Assembly (NCBI GenBank): GCA_965203805.1 | Contig: OZ241917.1 | Coordinates: forward strand, 960,001-1,024,000 | Reading direction: 5' to 3' | DNA from: Candidatus Latescibacterota bacterium | Lineage (GTDB): Bacteria; Latescibacterota; UBA2968; GCA-2709665 | Length of the DNA: 64,000 bases | Shown: piece by piece, positions 1-8,813 of the stretch | Position numbering within the stretch: position 1 is the first letter of the stretch | How the letters are laid out: the number at the start of each line of letters is the position of its first letter | Translations under genes and position numbers: made by a program | The notes under the pieces: generated by a model | The model's input: only the letters and a program-made list of their open reading frames with translations | Database searches by the model: none | Told to the model about the DNA's origin: nothing

Positions 1-222
1 CCGTTCGTTCAATCGCGCCGCCAGCAACTTCCAACCCTGCTTGAATTCGTTTAGCGGCATCGCACTGCCGCCGGCAAACGCCGCTTCCCGGTCTTTGGCG
101 AGTCTCTTGGCCATCGCAAGGGACTTGTCATCCAGCTTTTTGGATTTGGCATCCGCCGTGGGAGCAAAGCAAAACGACAGACAGATGAAGAAACCCACCG
201 AAGTTGTGAGAACGAAACGCAC
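1..222 (-). CDS. Secreted hypothetical protein, 5' part (runs off the window)
   Basis: GTG at 222 with GGAGG 5 nt upstream; open frame MRFVLTTSVGFFICLSFCFAPTADAKSKKLDDKS... with a Sec-like signal peptide (ADA cleavage). Not in the ORF track. Confidence 0.65.
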   Translation of the reverse strand, partial: MRFVLTTSVGFFICLSFCFAPTADAKSKKLDDKSLAMAKRLAKDREAAFAGGSAMPLNEFKQGWKLLAARLNER

Positions 223-445
223 TCTGGCCTCCCCCGGTTTAATATATGATCGCGCGACACCCGTTCCTGAAAAAGACAACCCAGGACACCCGACATTACG
301 CCAGGTGCAACAATTCGGGTTTTGAGCAGATAAAAGGTTAAGGAATTCTAAACTATCGCGCAAGCACTTTCTCCGGCGCAGAAGAACACCCGCGCCCTGT
401 GATTCGGGGTGCGCGGGTGCAGATCGTACCGGAACCGGGCTCTGT

Positions 446-619
446 TCAGGCCGGAGGCGGCTGCTCGATGTCGAGCAGGGGTTCTTTCGAAGCGCCGCGC
501 TGCCCGCCGCAGGAGGAACAGCCGCCTGATCCTGCCAGGAAAGGACTCACAAACTTCCACACCGCCCAGAAAGCACAAGCGATCGCGACACCCGCCGCCA
601 CCAACGACTGCCAGTCCAT
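446..619 (-). CDS. FeoB-associated Cys-rich small membrane protein
   Basis: 57 aa, one TM helix then GGCSSCG; directly downstream of feoB. Confidence 0.8.
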   Translation of the reverse strand: MDWQSLVAAGVAIACAFWAVWKFVSPFLAGSGGCSSCGGQRGASKEPLLDIEQPPPA

Positions 620-623
620 TGAT

Positions 624-2855
624 CTACCCCCATCCCAGAGCCATTGTGCCCTGATAGGCCGCAAGCGCGCCGATATAGGCCAATATCGTCATGTAGGCGA
701 ACGTCAGCGTCGTCCATGCCCAGGACTGCGTCTCCCGGCGGATGACGGCCAGCGTTGATGCGCACTGCGCACAAAGCGCGAAAAACACCATCACAGACAG
801 CGCTACAGGGACATTGAACACACGGCGTCCATCCTCCCACGTCGCATTGCGAAGCGCGCTGCGCAGGTCTTCGGAGGATTCGTCCGCGTCGCCGCTCAAA
901 CTGTAGATGGTACCAAGCGTGGCGACAATAACCTCCCGCGCAGGGAAGGAAGCGAGCGTGGCCATACCGATGCGCCAATCCCAGCCCAGGGGCCTGACCG
1001 CAGGTTCTATCCAGTGGCCGGCCCGGCCCAGATAACTCTCATTCAGGAGGTCGGCGGCCATGCGTGCTTCCAGGTCCGAAAGCGTTTGCTGCAGCCGCGC
1101 ACCCGAAAGCGTTGCCGTCGCCGCCTGCCGGCGGCGTTCGTACTCTGCAACCGTATCCGCCGATCTGGGGAAATATGCCAGCGCCCACATCACAATGGTC
1201 GCAGCCAGAATGATGCTGCCCGCCCGCACCAGGAACGCTCTCGAACTGTGATAGACCCTGAGGCCTACCGTCCGTTTGTCCGGCACTTTGTAAGAAGGGA
1301 ATTCCAGAATAAAAGGCGGCGTTTCACCTCTCAACAACGTCTTCTTCAGAATCCAGGCGACGGGTACTGCCGCAGCCACACCCACGCAATACATCGCAAA
1401 AAGGGTCAACCCCTGCAAACCGACCCATTCTCCCAGGACCGCCTTCGCCGGAATAAATGCGCCGATCAGGATGGTGTAAACCGGTAGCCGTGCCGAACAA
1501 CTCATCAGCGGCGCTACCAGGATGGTTACCAGCCGGTTCCGTCGATCTTCGATGGACCGAGTTGCCATAATGCCAGGAACAGCACACGCAAAACTGGACA
1601 ACATCGGAATGAAGGACTGGCCCGAGAGCCCGCACTTTGTAAGGAGTCTGTCCATTAACAGGGCCGCGCGGGCCATATAGCCGCAATCTTCCAGAAGGGC
1701 AATAAAGAAAAATAGAATGGCGATCTGAGGCAGGAAAATGACGACACCGCCCACGCCCGCGATGACACCGTCCTGAATAAGGCTCTTCAGCGCCCCGTCC
1801 GGAAACCACGCGCCGACCCAACCGGACAACCAGCCAAACAGACCGTCAACCGAGTCCATCAGCGGACCGGACCACGCGTAGATGGCCTGAAAAACGACGC
1901 CCATGATGGCGACGAACAGGAGCGTCCCCAATAGCCTGTGAGTCAGCACGCGATCGATGCGGTCCGAGGGCGTCCTTTGAAGGTACCGGGGCTTCGATTC
2001 GCTTTGAGCAAGCACGCGCTTGATCCAGTTATAACGAACCTCCGATTCCAGGGCGGATAACCCTGAGTCCGTCGAAAACCGACCCCGGGTTTCAGCGATC
2101 CTTCCCCGGACGCCGTCACCGTGCGCTTCGATCAGCCGGCGCTCCGCGTAACCGCCTTCGTCGACGATCGCCCGGAAAGCCTCCGCGCGGCAGGAGGACA
2201 CACTCTGTCCATTGTATGATTGCAGGACGTCCGCGAGGCTGTCGACGGCCGCGGCGAATCCCTCCGGAAACTCCGCAAGAAGCGGAGACGCCCCGGGACG
2301 TCCGTTGAACAGCACCTGTCCCAGTTCGCGGCGCAGGTCGCCCAGCCCCCGGTTACGGTTTGCGCAAACTCCGACCACCGGTACTCCCAGGCACCGCGAG
2401 AGTCCGTCGACGTCAATTCGAATGCCCCGGGCATCCGCCACGTCCATCATATTCAGCGCGACAAGTGTGGGCAGGCCGAGTTCGAGCACCTGTGAGACCA
2501 GGTAAAGATTCCGATAGAGATTGGATGCGTCTACAATGGCCAGGACCGCGTCTACCTTGCGCTCGCCGGGCAGACGTCCGAGCAGCACGTCGGCGACGAT
2601 CATCTCATCGGGCGCGTGAGCGGCCAGGCTGTAGGTCCCGGGCAGGTCGACGAGATCCACGGTCCTGTCATCCGACAGCCTGAACCGCCCGACCTTACGC
2701 TCGACCGTTACGCCGGGATAATTTCCCACATGTTGAAAAAGACCGGTAAGACCGTTGAAAAGCGTGGTCTTACCGGTATTGGGATTGCCCACGAGAGCAA
2801 TGGTATGGCGTTGATTCGTCCCGGTGTGCGGTCCGCCGGAATACTCCGTGGCCAT
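624..2855 (-). CDS. feoB: Ferrous iron transporter FeoB
   Basis: GNPNTGKT, NYPGVTVE, DLPGTYS, NMMD G-motifs; MSCSARLPVY and ELPSY-like gate motifs; multi-TM. Confidence 0.98.
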   Translation of the reverse strand: MATEYSGGPHTGTNQRHTIALVGNPNTGKTTLFNGLTGLFQHVGNYPGVTVERKVGRFRLSDDRTVDLVDLPGTYSLAAHAPDEMIVADVLLGRLPGERKVDAVLAIVDASNLYRNLYLVSQVLELGLPTLVALNMMDVADARGIRIDVDGLSRCLGVPVVGVCANRNRGLGDLRRELGQVLFNGRPGASPLLAEFPEGFAAAVDSLADVLQSYNGQSVSSCRAEAFRAIVDEGGYAERRLIEAHGDGVRGRIAETRGRFSTDSGLSALESEVRYNWIKRVLAQSESKPRYLQRTPSDRIDRVLTHRLLGTLLFVAIMGVVFQAIYAWSGPLMDSVDGLFGWLSGWVGAWFPDGALKSLIQDGVIAGVGGVVIFLPQIAILFFFIALLEDCGYMARAALLMDRLLTKCGLSGQSFIPMLSSFACAVPGIMATRSIEDRRNRLVTILVAPLMSCSARLPVYTILIGAFIPAKAVLGEWVGLQGLTLFAMYCVGVAAAVPVAWILKKTLLRGETPPFILEFPSYKVPDKRTVGLRVYHSSRAFLVRAGSIILAATIVMWALAYFPRSADTVAEYERRRQAATATLSGARLQQTLSDLEARMAADLLNESYLGRAGHWIEPAVRPLGWDWRIGMATLASFPAREVIVATLGTIYSLSGDADESSEDLRSALRNATWEDGRRVFNVPVALSVMVFFALCAQCASTLAVIRRETQSWAWTTLTFAYMTILAYIGALAAYQGTMALGWG

Positions 2856-2865
2856 GCGATAAACC

Positions 2866-3168
2866 TCAATAGATCGGACTGAGCCTCACGGCGGCCGCAT
2901 CGTGCATCCGCAAACAGAACCGTGCGTCTTCCACCTGCACGACCAAGCGGCCGCCGGCACGAAGCATGCGAACGCGTACTCCCGGGCAGACACCCAGTTC
3001 GCGCAACCGGGAAGCCAGGGGTGAATTCCCGACAACCGATTCGACCGTGCCCTCGTCGCCCACGTCCAGTCCGGCAAGCGAGCCACGGAACATCCGATGC
3101 GACCGGTTCTTACGATCGGGCCGGAGCCGGGCGCCGCGAGCAGCCAGTTGCATCAGGCGCGCCACCAT
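2866..3168 (-). CDS. feoA: Ferrous iron transport protein FeoA
   Basis: SH3-like RLRELGVCPGVRV motif, upstream of feoB. ATG 3168 has an AAGGA RBS; alternative start 3093. Confidence 0.9.
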   Translation of the reverse strand: MVARLMQLAARGARLRPDRKNRSHRMFRGSLAGLDVGDEGTVESVVGNSPLASRLRELGVCPGVRVRMLRAGGRLVVQVEDARFCLRMHDAAAVRLSPIY

Positions 3169-3199
3169 TGCACCATCCTTTTTTTATCGCGTTGCTGGA

Positions 3200-3730
3200 T
3201 CAACTGTCAGAACCGATTCTGAGCAGACACTCATCCTCGCAGATCGGGCAATCGGCCTCGTCATGGCAGAAGTCGCCGGTCTGCCAGAACGCGTCCAGAA
3301 ACTCCCGTGCTTCCGGCGTATCCGCAAGCAGGAATCTCACGAAATTCAACAGTTTTTCGCTGGTTTCCTCGCTCAACAGGTGTTCAACCTTGCACGCGTC
3401 CACTTCCGACTGATGGCTTTCGACCTGCAGCACGTCCTTCAGAAACTTGCGGACGATGGCGCGCTTGGCAAGTACCAGGTCGACCAGCCGTTCCCCCCTT
3501 TCGGAAAGCCGCAGGAATTTGTTCTCGTCTTCCTGTACGAACCCTTTCTGTCGGAGTGCTTTCAATGTAAGCGACGCGCTGCCCCTCGTTATATCCAGAT
3601 ATCTTGCAACATCCGACACACGCGCGTACCCATACCGGTCTTTCAATTCTCGGATGGCGGCGAGGTGATGAGCGACACTGTGCGTGATCTCATTCTCCTC
3701 GAACGCTTTCCATACATCGGAAGATGCCAT
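3200..3730 (-). CDS. DtxR/MntR-family metal-dependent transcriptional regulator with a Cys-rich C-terminal tail
   Basis: wHTH ARVSDVARYLDITRGSAS, dimerisation motif DACKVEHLLSEE; heads the feoAB operon. Confidence 0.92.
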   Translation of the reverse strand: MASSDVWKAFEENEITHSVAHHLAAIRELKDRYGYARVSDVARYLDITRGSASLTLKALRQKGFVQEDENKFLRLSERGERLVDLVLAKRAIVRKFLKDVLQVESHQSEVDACKVEHLLSEETSEKLLNFVRFLLADTPEAREFLDAFWQTGDFCHDEADCPICEDECLLRIGSDS

Positions 3731-3770
3731 CGGGCCCCCTTTCCGCCTCCAAGCGTCTGAACCAGCCAGT

Positions 3771-3827
3771 TGTTTTGCAAATATAACACTCGTTATAAAT
3801 TTATACAACGGGCAGGTCGAAAGTCAA
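3771..3827 (-). promoter_or_regulatory. Sigma-70 promoter of the dtxR-feoAB operon with AT-rich palindromes (possible operator)
   Basis: TTGACT (3827-3822), 16 nt, TATAAA (3805-3800); perfect palindrome TATAAATTTATA 3794-3805 and TTTGCAAA just downstream. Confidence 0.65.
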
Positions 3828-3848
3828 GAGAAATTTAGTGTGTATCCG

Positions 3849-4010
3849 GCAGCCCGTTGAAAACGACCATCCGGGCTACGTCCGGCCCTTATGACCGAAA
3901 TACGGCGTTGCGCTCCCTCCCCGAATCCAGGGATTCGCGTCGGTCGCGCGCCTTGTCTTCGGCCACAATGACTCGGCCTCGCCTGCAGAGCGACTTTTTC
4001 AACGGACTGC
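3849..4010. mobile_element. MITE-like element 1 (162 bp)
   Basis: TIRs GCAGCCCGTTGAAAA / TTTTCAACGGACTGC (14/15 match); internal hairpin; no coding capacity. Confidence 0.75.
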
Positions 4011-4174
4011 AGTGTTCTGTCCCGGAAATAAGTTGCCTGAATTCGGCCGTCGAGTCGCCCGGCTCGCAAGGCGCCAGAGCGCAGGCGACCTGGCCAGGTC
4101 GGCGAGCGACGGCAACGCCGCGAGACGGGATGAATCGGCGGAAGAATGGTGAGGTATTTTTGGGACAGGACACT
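4011..4174. mobile_element. MITE-like element 2 (164 bp)
   Basis: TIRs AGTGTTCTGTCCCGGAAATA / TATTTTTGGGACAGGACACT (17/20 match); internal 16-bp palindrome CGACCTGGCCAGGTCG. Confidence 0.75.
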
Positions 4175-4193
4175 TGGGTCGGTGGCGGCGCGC

Positions 4194-4222
4194 TTGACTT
4201 TTCCATCCCGTTTTCGTATACC
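4194..4222 (+). promoter_or_regulatory. Sigma-70 promoter for the UxaA-like gene
   Basis: TTGACT-17-TATACC. Confidence 0.55.
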
Positions 4223-4277
4223 TCACGGACCGGGCGGCCGGCCCATGCCCCCGAGATCCTTTATAGGGAGCCCATCT

Positions 4278-6980
4278 ATGACGGAAACTATTGATTTCAC
4301 GGAGGTTGCAAGACTGCCTCAGCCTGGCGACAACGTCGCCATCGCGACGCGATTTCTGCAGGCGGGCACATGTATCCGCACCCGACGTTCGGTCCTTCGG
4401 CTGGATTCCGACATGCTGGAGGGCCACCGGTTCGCCGTCGCCCCCATTTCCGGCGGTGAATTCCTTCTTTCCTGGAATCTTCCCTTTGGGGTCGCGCTGA
4501 GGGACATCTCGCCGGGCGCCTATGTCTGTAACGCCGGGATGCTGGAAGCACTCCGGCTCCGAAACCTTGAATTTCAGCTGCCGGCCGTACCCAATTTTGA
4601 AGACCGCATCGAACCCTACCTGCTTGAGGAGGATGCATTCCACAACGGCAACCAGGTTCCGCCGGCCGGCGATCTCCGCACCTTCGAGGGGTACGTCAGA
4701 GGCGCTGCGCGCGGCGTGGGCACTCGAAATTACATCCTGGTCATGGGCACGACCTCGCGCACCGGGGCGTTCGTAAAACGGCTCGAGGAACGACTTGGCG
4801 GGCTGGCCGATGCCTTTCCCGACGTAGACGGGATTGTCGCCGTTTCACACACCGAAGGAGGCGGGCGAACCTCCCCGAATAATCTGGAGCTTCTGCTGAG
4901 AACGCTTGCGGGCTTTATGGTTCACCCGAACATCGGCGCCGTCCTGGCCGTGGACTACGGAACGGAGCCGCTCACCAATGCCATGCTGCGCGCTTACATG
5001 GACAGGAACAATGCTCCCCTGTCCGACGTCCCCCACTGCTTTCTTACCTTGCGTGGCGGCTTTGATGAGAATCTGGATCGGGCCCGGGACGTCGTCACGG
5101 GATGGCTGGAGGAAGTGAACCGCGCGACCCGGAAGCCGACGCCCATGGCGGGCTTGAAGATCGCGCTTCAATGCGGGGGATCCGACGCCTTCTCCGGTGT
5201 TTCGGGAAATCCGCTGGCATCGTGGGCGGCCCGTGAGATCATCCGGCACGGCGGCGCCGCAAACCTGGCGGAAACGGATGAACTGATCGGCGCTGAGCCC
5301 TATGTGCTGCAGAATGTCAGGGACCTGGACACGGCCCGCCGGTTTCTCGACCGGGTCGAAGCCTATAAGGAACTCGCGGCCCGCCATGGCACGAGCGCCG
5401 AAGGCAACCCCTCCGGCGGCAACAAGTTCCGCGGAATCTACAACATTGTGCTGAAATCCATCGGCGCCGCCATGAAGCGTCACCCGGAGGTCCGCCTCGA
5501 CGGCGTTCTGGACTACAGCGCGCCCATGCGCGAGCCCGGGTTTTACTTCATGGACAGCCCGGGAAACGACCTCGAAAGCATTGCCGGGCAGGTCGCATCG
5601 GGATGCAACCTCATCTATTTTATTACGGGAAACGGCTCAATAACCAATTTTCCGTTCGTCCCGACCCTGAAAATCATTACAACCACCGGCCGCTACGAAC
5701 TCCTCGCAAACGAAATGGACGTCAACGCGGGCGCCTATCTGGACGGGACCCCCATGGACGCCCTGGGGGCGCGGATGACGGGCCTTACGCTTGACGTGGC
5801 CTCGGGCGAGCGGAGCAAAGGGGAACGGGCGGGCCACGCCCAGGTATCCATCTGGCGTAACTGGCGCCAGACGGACAGTACCAGCCTCGAGCTTCTCCGG
5901 TCGGGCGCGCAACCGTCCGGGAAACCCATTGCCCTCGATACGGAACACGCCGCATTGTCCGGCTCATTTCGCGGCATCGCCACAGCCGCGGGAATCGCCA
6001 CGGATCAGATCGGACTGATCCTGCCAACCAGCCTTTGTGCGGGACAGGTCGCAAGGATGGCCGCCGCGGGGCTCGACCGGAAGCAGATCGGGAAAGACCG
6101 TGGCATGACCAGGTATGTCGCGCTTGTTCACACGGAGGGCTGCGGCGTCGCAGGCGACGCGACCGAGAGGATGTATTCGCGAACCATGCTCGGCTACCTC
6201 ACGCACCCGCTGGTAAAACACGCGCTCCTGCTGGAGCACGGCTGCGAAAAAACCCATAACGACTATCTTCGACACGAACTTGAACGCGGCGGCATCGACC
6301 CCAACCGTTTTGGCTGGTCGAGCATCCAGCTCGACGGCGGACTCGAGTGCGCGTTGCGCAATGTAGAATCCTGGTTCGCGAACCAGGCGGCCGGCAGCCG
6401 CCCGCCCGTCTATGAACAATCCGGCCCGGCGGCATTGTCGGTGGGCATCCTGAGCGACGGCGAGGTCAATGCAACAGCCGCGGCGTCGATGGCTGTCCTT
6501 GTGTGTCGTCTGGTGCGGGCCGGCGCAACCGTTGTGACGCCGGACAACTCGGCGCTGCTGGACGCCGCAGCCTTTGCCGATACGATTCCGGAAAACGCAA
6601 CAACGCGCCCGTCGCTCGGGTACGGACAGACAGCCGTCGGACCGGGGCTTTTCATTATGGAGACACAAACGGACCACTGGGTCGAGACGCTTACGGGGAT
6701 GGGCGGAACGGGCGTGGAAATCCTGATCGCGCACGTCTCTGAACACCCTGTGCAGGGGCACCCGATGCTGCCGTTGCTTCAGACGTGTGCGGAGCCGTCG
6801 ATGCAGGCGCTCTTTGCCGGTGATCTCGACCTGCTGCTGTCCGCCACCCCGGCGCGGAACGTCGAACGGATCGCCGGGCTGTTGATGGAAACCGCGTCGC
6901 GGAACTACACGCCGGTGGCGATGCGGCAGAAGAATACGGACTTTCAGTTTACGCGAGGGCTGCTCGGCGTTTCCATGTGA
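4278..6980 (+). CDS. Double-length UxaA/GarD-family aldonate/aldarate dehydratase (SAF + two core repeats)
   Basis: DNVAIA SAF start, GVGTRNYI, QCGGSD, GNPSGGN, MDSPGND; second degenerate repeat after ~aa 560; GGGAG RBS before ATG 4278; 900 aa. Confidence 0.88.
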   Translation: MTETIDFTEVARLPQPGDNVAIATRFLQAGTCIRTRRSVLRLDSDMLEGHRFAVAPISGGEFLLSWNLPFGVALRDISPGAYVCNAGMLEALRLRNLEFQLPAVPNFEDRIEPYLLEEDAFHNGNQVPPAGDLRTFEGYVRGAARGVGTRNYILVMGTTSRTGAFVKRLEERLGGLADAFPDVDGIVAVSHTEGGGRTSPNNLELLLRTLAGFMVHPNIGAVLAVDYGTEPLTNAMLRAYMDRNNAPLSDVPHCFLTLRGGFDENLDRARDVVTGWLEEVNRATRKPTPMAGLKIALQCGGSDAFSGVSGNPLASWAAREIIRHGGAANLAETDELIGAEPYVLQNVRDLDTARRFLDRVEAYKELAARHGTSAEGNPSGGNKFRGIYNIVLKSIGAAMKRHPEVRLDGVLDYSAPMREPGFYFMDSPGNDLESIAGQVASGCNLIYFITGNGSITNFPFVPTLKIITTTGRYELLANEMDVNAGAYLDGTPMDALGARMTGLTLDVASGERSKGERAGHAQVSIWRNWRQTDSTSLELLRSGAQPSGKPIALDTEHAALSGSFRGIATAAGIATDQIGLILPTSLCAGQVARMAAAGLDRKQIGKDRGMTRYVALVHTEGCGVAGDATERMYSRTMLGYLTHPLVKHALLLEHGCEKTHNDYLRHELERGGIDPNRFGWSSIQLDGGLECALRNVESWFANQAAGSRPPVYEQSGPAALSVGILSDGEVNATAAASMAVLVCRLVRAGATVVTPDNSALLDAAAFADTIPENATTRPSLGYGQTAVGPGLFIMETQTDHWVETLTGMGGTGVEILIAHVSEHPVQGHPMLPLLQTCAEPSMQALFAGDLDLLLSATPARNVERIAGLLMETASRNYTPVAMRQKNTDFQFTRGLLGVSM

Positions 6981-6984
6981 CCAA

Positions 6985-7027
6985 AAGGAGAAACGGGCGT
7001 CGTGATGTCCGGGAGAACGCCCGTTTC
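6985..7027. terminator. Hairpin between convergent genes, probable intrinsic terminator
   Basis: GAAACGGGCGT...ACGCCCGTTTC 11-bp stem; T-rich tail on the minus strand. Confidence 0.55.
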
Positions 7028-7055
7028 GCCGGCAATTGCGCCGCAATGCGGTGCT

Positions 7056-7346
7056 CTATCCGCCCGATGCAATCCAGCCCTGAATCGCCGACGCGATCTT
7101 TCTTCCCTGCTCCAGACTAGAAATATTGAATTTGCTGCGAGGCAGATACACCCCGTCTCTCTTCTGGTATCGTCGAATCGTCACTTTCGCAGGCCCGTAT
7201 TCGCCGGATTGCCGGTTCAGGTCCTGGTACAGGAACATGACCGTCGCCCACGCACCGCGCGAAAGCACGTGTTTGTCCAGTTCCCTGCAGAGCAGAACAC
7301 CGCCTTCTTCGTAGTTGACGCTCAGTTCGTCCACCGATTCCGCCAT
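7056..7346 (-). CDS. Conserved small hypothetical protein (96 aa)
   Basis: AAAGGAGG RBS; globular beta-beta-beta-alpha-like sequence (KVTIRRYQKRDG...SKFNISS). Confidence 0.8.
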   Translation of the reverse strand: MAESVDELSVNYEEGGVLLCRELDKHVLSRGAWATVMFLYQDLNRQSGEYGPAKVTIRRYQKRDGVYLPRSKFNISSLEQGRKIASAIQGWIASGG

Positions 7347-7438
7347 CGACTCGCCTCCTTTCAGACCGCGCCGACTCGGGAGTTGTGCATCCTGCCTGCC
7401 GGTCGCTGAGGGTCTGTTTCATTCAGAGGACCGCACCG

Positions 7439-8302
7439 ATGAGACTCGGCATTGTCGGAATGCTGCCCGGCGACCCCCGGTGTTTTACGGAAAGACACTT
7501 CGAGAAGATCAGGGAACTGGGTTTTACGGGCGCAGGGTTCCACCTGCCGGGTGAGCTGGTGAACACAATCTCCGCCAAAGACTGCGCCGGCTGCAAGCAA
7601 CTGTTTGCCGACCACGATATCGATCTCGCGCAATTCGCCGTCACCTACGGCGACTGTCTGTTCGACCCGGATCCCGTCGTCCGGGCGGAAGCCGTATCGA
7701 AGGTGGTCCGCGGAGCCACGCTCGCCGCGCGACTTGGCGCTTTGTGCTACCTGATAAGGCCGGGCAGCCGCAATCCCGCCGGCCCGTGGACGCCTCATCG
7801 TGAGAACCACACGCCTGAAGCGTACCGGTTGCTTGTCCGCACCCTGAGGGAAATTGCCCGGCGCACGGCGACGCTGAACGTCGTTACGGTTGTGGAAACC
7901 CACGTTATATCCATACTCAACACACCGGGCGTCTGCCGCCGGCTGGTGGATTCGGTGCGCAGCGCGAACGTAAGGCTGGTCATGGACTATGTCAACCACT
8001 TCGAATCCATCGACCAGGTCCATAACGACACGGAACGCCTGAACCATATATTCGAGACCATCGGCGCGCTGGCGCCGGTCTGCCATGTCAAGGATATCAG
8101 TGTCGCAAACCGTCTGGTTGTACATCTAAACGAAGCGGTTCCAGGCCTCGGTGAACTGAACCTGGCGCTTGCGCTGGGGCTGTTTCATGCCCACCATCCG
8201 GACGGTTACGCGCTTATCGAACACCTCGGTCCGGACCAGATTCCACTTGCCGCCGAAAATGTCCGGAATATTGCGAGTCGCGCGGGCATCCCCATTTGCT
8301 GA
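7439..8302 (+). CDS. Sugar phosphate isomerase/epimerase (xylose-isomerase-like TIM barrel)
   Basis: VVETH, VMDYVN, HVKD, PGLGEL, LIEH metal motifs; GAGGA RBS. Confidence 0.88.
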   Translation: MRLGIVGMLPGDPRCFTERHFEKIRELGFTGAGFHLPGELVNTISAKDCAGCKQLFADHDIDLAQFAVTYGDCLFDPDPVVRAEAVSKVVRGATLAARLGALCYLIRPGSRNPAGPWTPHRENHTPEAYRLLVRTLREIARRTATLNVVTVVETHVISILNTPGVCRRLVDSVRSANVRLVMDYVNHFESIDQVHNDTERLNHIFETIGALAPVCHVKDISVANRLVVHLNEAVPGLGELNLALALGLFHAHHPDGYALIEHLGPDQIPLAAENVRNIASRAGIPIC

Positions 8303-8341
8303 ATCAGGGCAATAGCACAGTTCATTGCCGCCGGACCGGCC

Positions 8342-8554
8342 TCAATCCCTCCGCGGGAACTTCAACCGCCGGATGCAGGCGCCGACGGCAAGTCCGAGAC
8401 TCGCGCCGATCGATACCCCGGCGCTCAGCCACAGACCGAAGTCACCGCTGCCCACGCCGAACATGGAACCGGCGCCGGCGCCGACGCCGGATCCGACCGC
8501 CATCCATTTTCCAATCTCCCGTTGTCCGTTTCCGCCTTGCTGCCGTCCGGACAT
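8342..8554 (-). CDS. Small glycine-zipper membrane protein (70 aa)
   Basis: GxxxG repeats (GSGVGAGAGSMFG...GVSIGASLGLAVG); AGGAAAGGA RBS. Confidence 0.7.
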   Translation of the reverse strand: MSGRQQGGNGQREIGKWMAVGSGVGAGAGSMFGVGSGDFGLWLSAGVSIGASLGLAVGACIRRLKFPRRD

Positions 8555-8813
8555 GGCGAATCCTTTCCTGTGCGTGGGCCACCCCTGCATCGCGGCCAAT
8601 ATACGGGCCGGGGCCGAACGGGACAAGCTCAAACCTCCACCTGAATCGAATCGATTATTGCCTTGACAGTGCCGGTGTCCAAGCCGTAGATATGAAAGCG
8701 GAGACCGGCTACCGGGGGTGGCGGGCTGTCGTTGCCTGGCCGTTCTCCGGGAGAAGCACACGCCACGCGCCAGCATTCTCTCACGGAGAACGGCTGCCTG
8801 AAAGGAGATCCGG

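Noticed and set aside
3824-4294. Short ORFs over the dtxR-uxaA intergenic region
   Set aside because: They coincide with the two MITEs and promoters; no transposase motifs
8739-8800. Glycine riboswitch (GGAGA...CTCTCA)
   Set aside because: Lacks CCGAAG and CAGG core elements and the tandem aptamer; downstream gene unrelated
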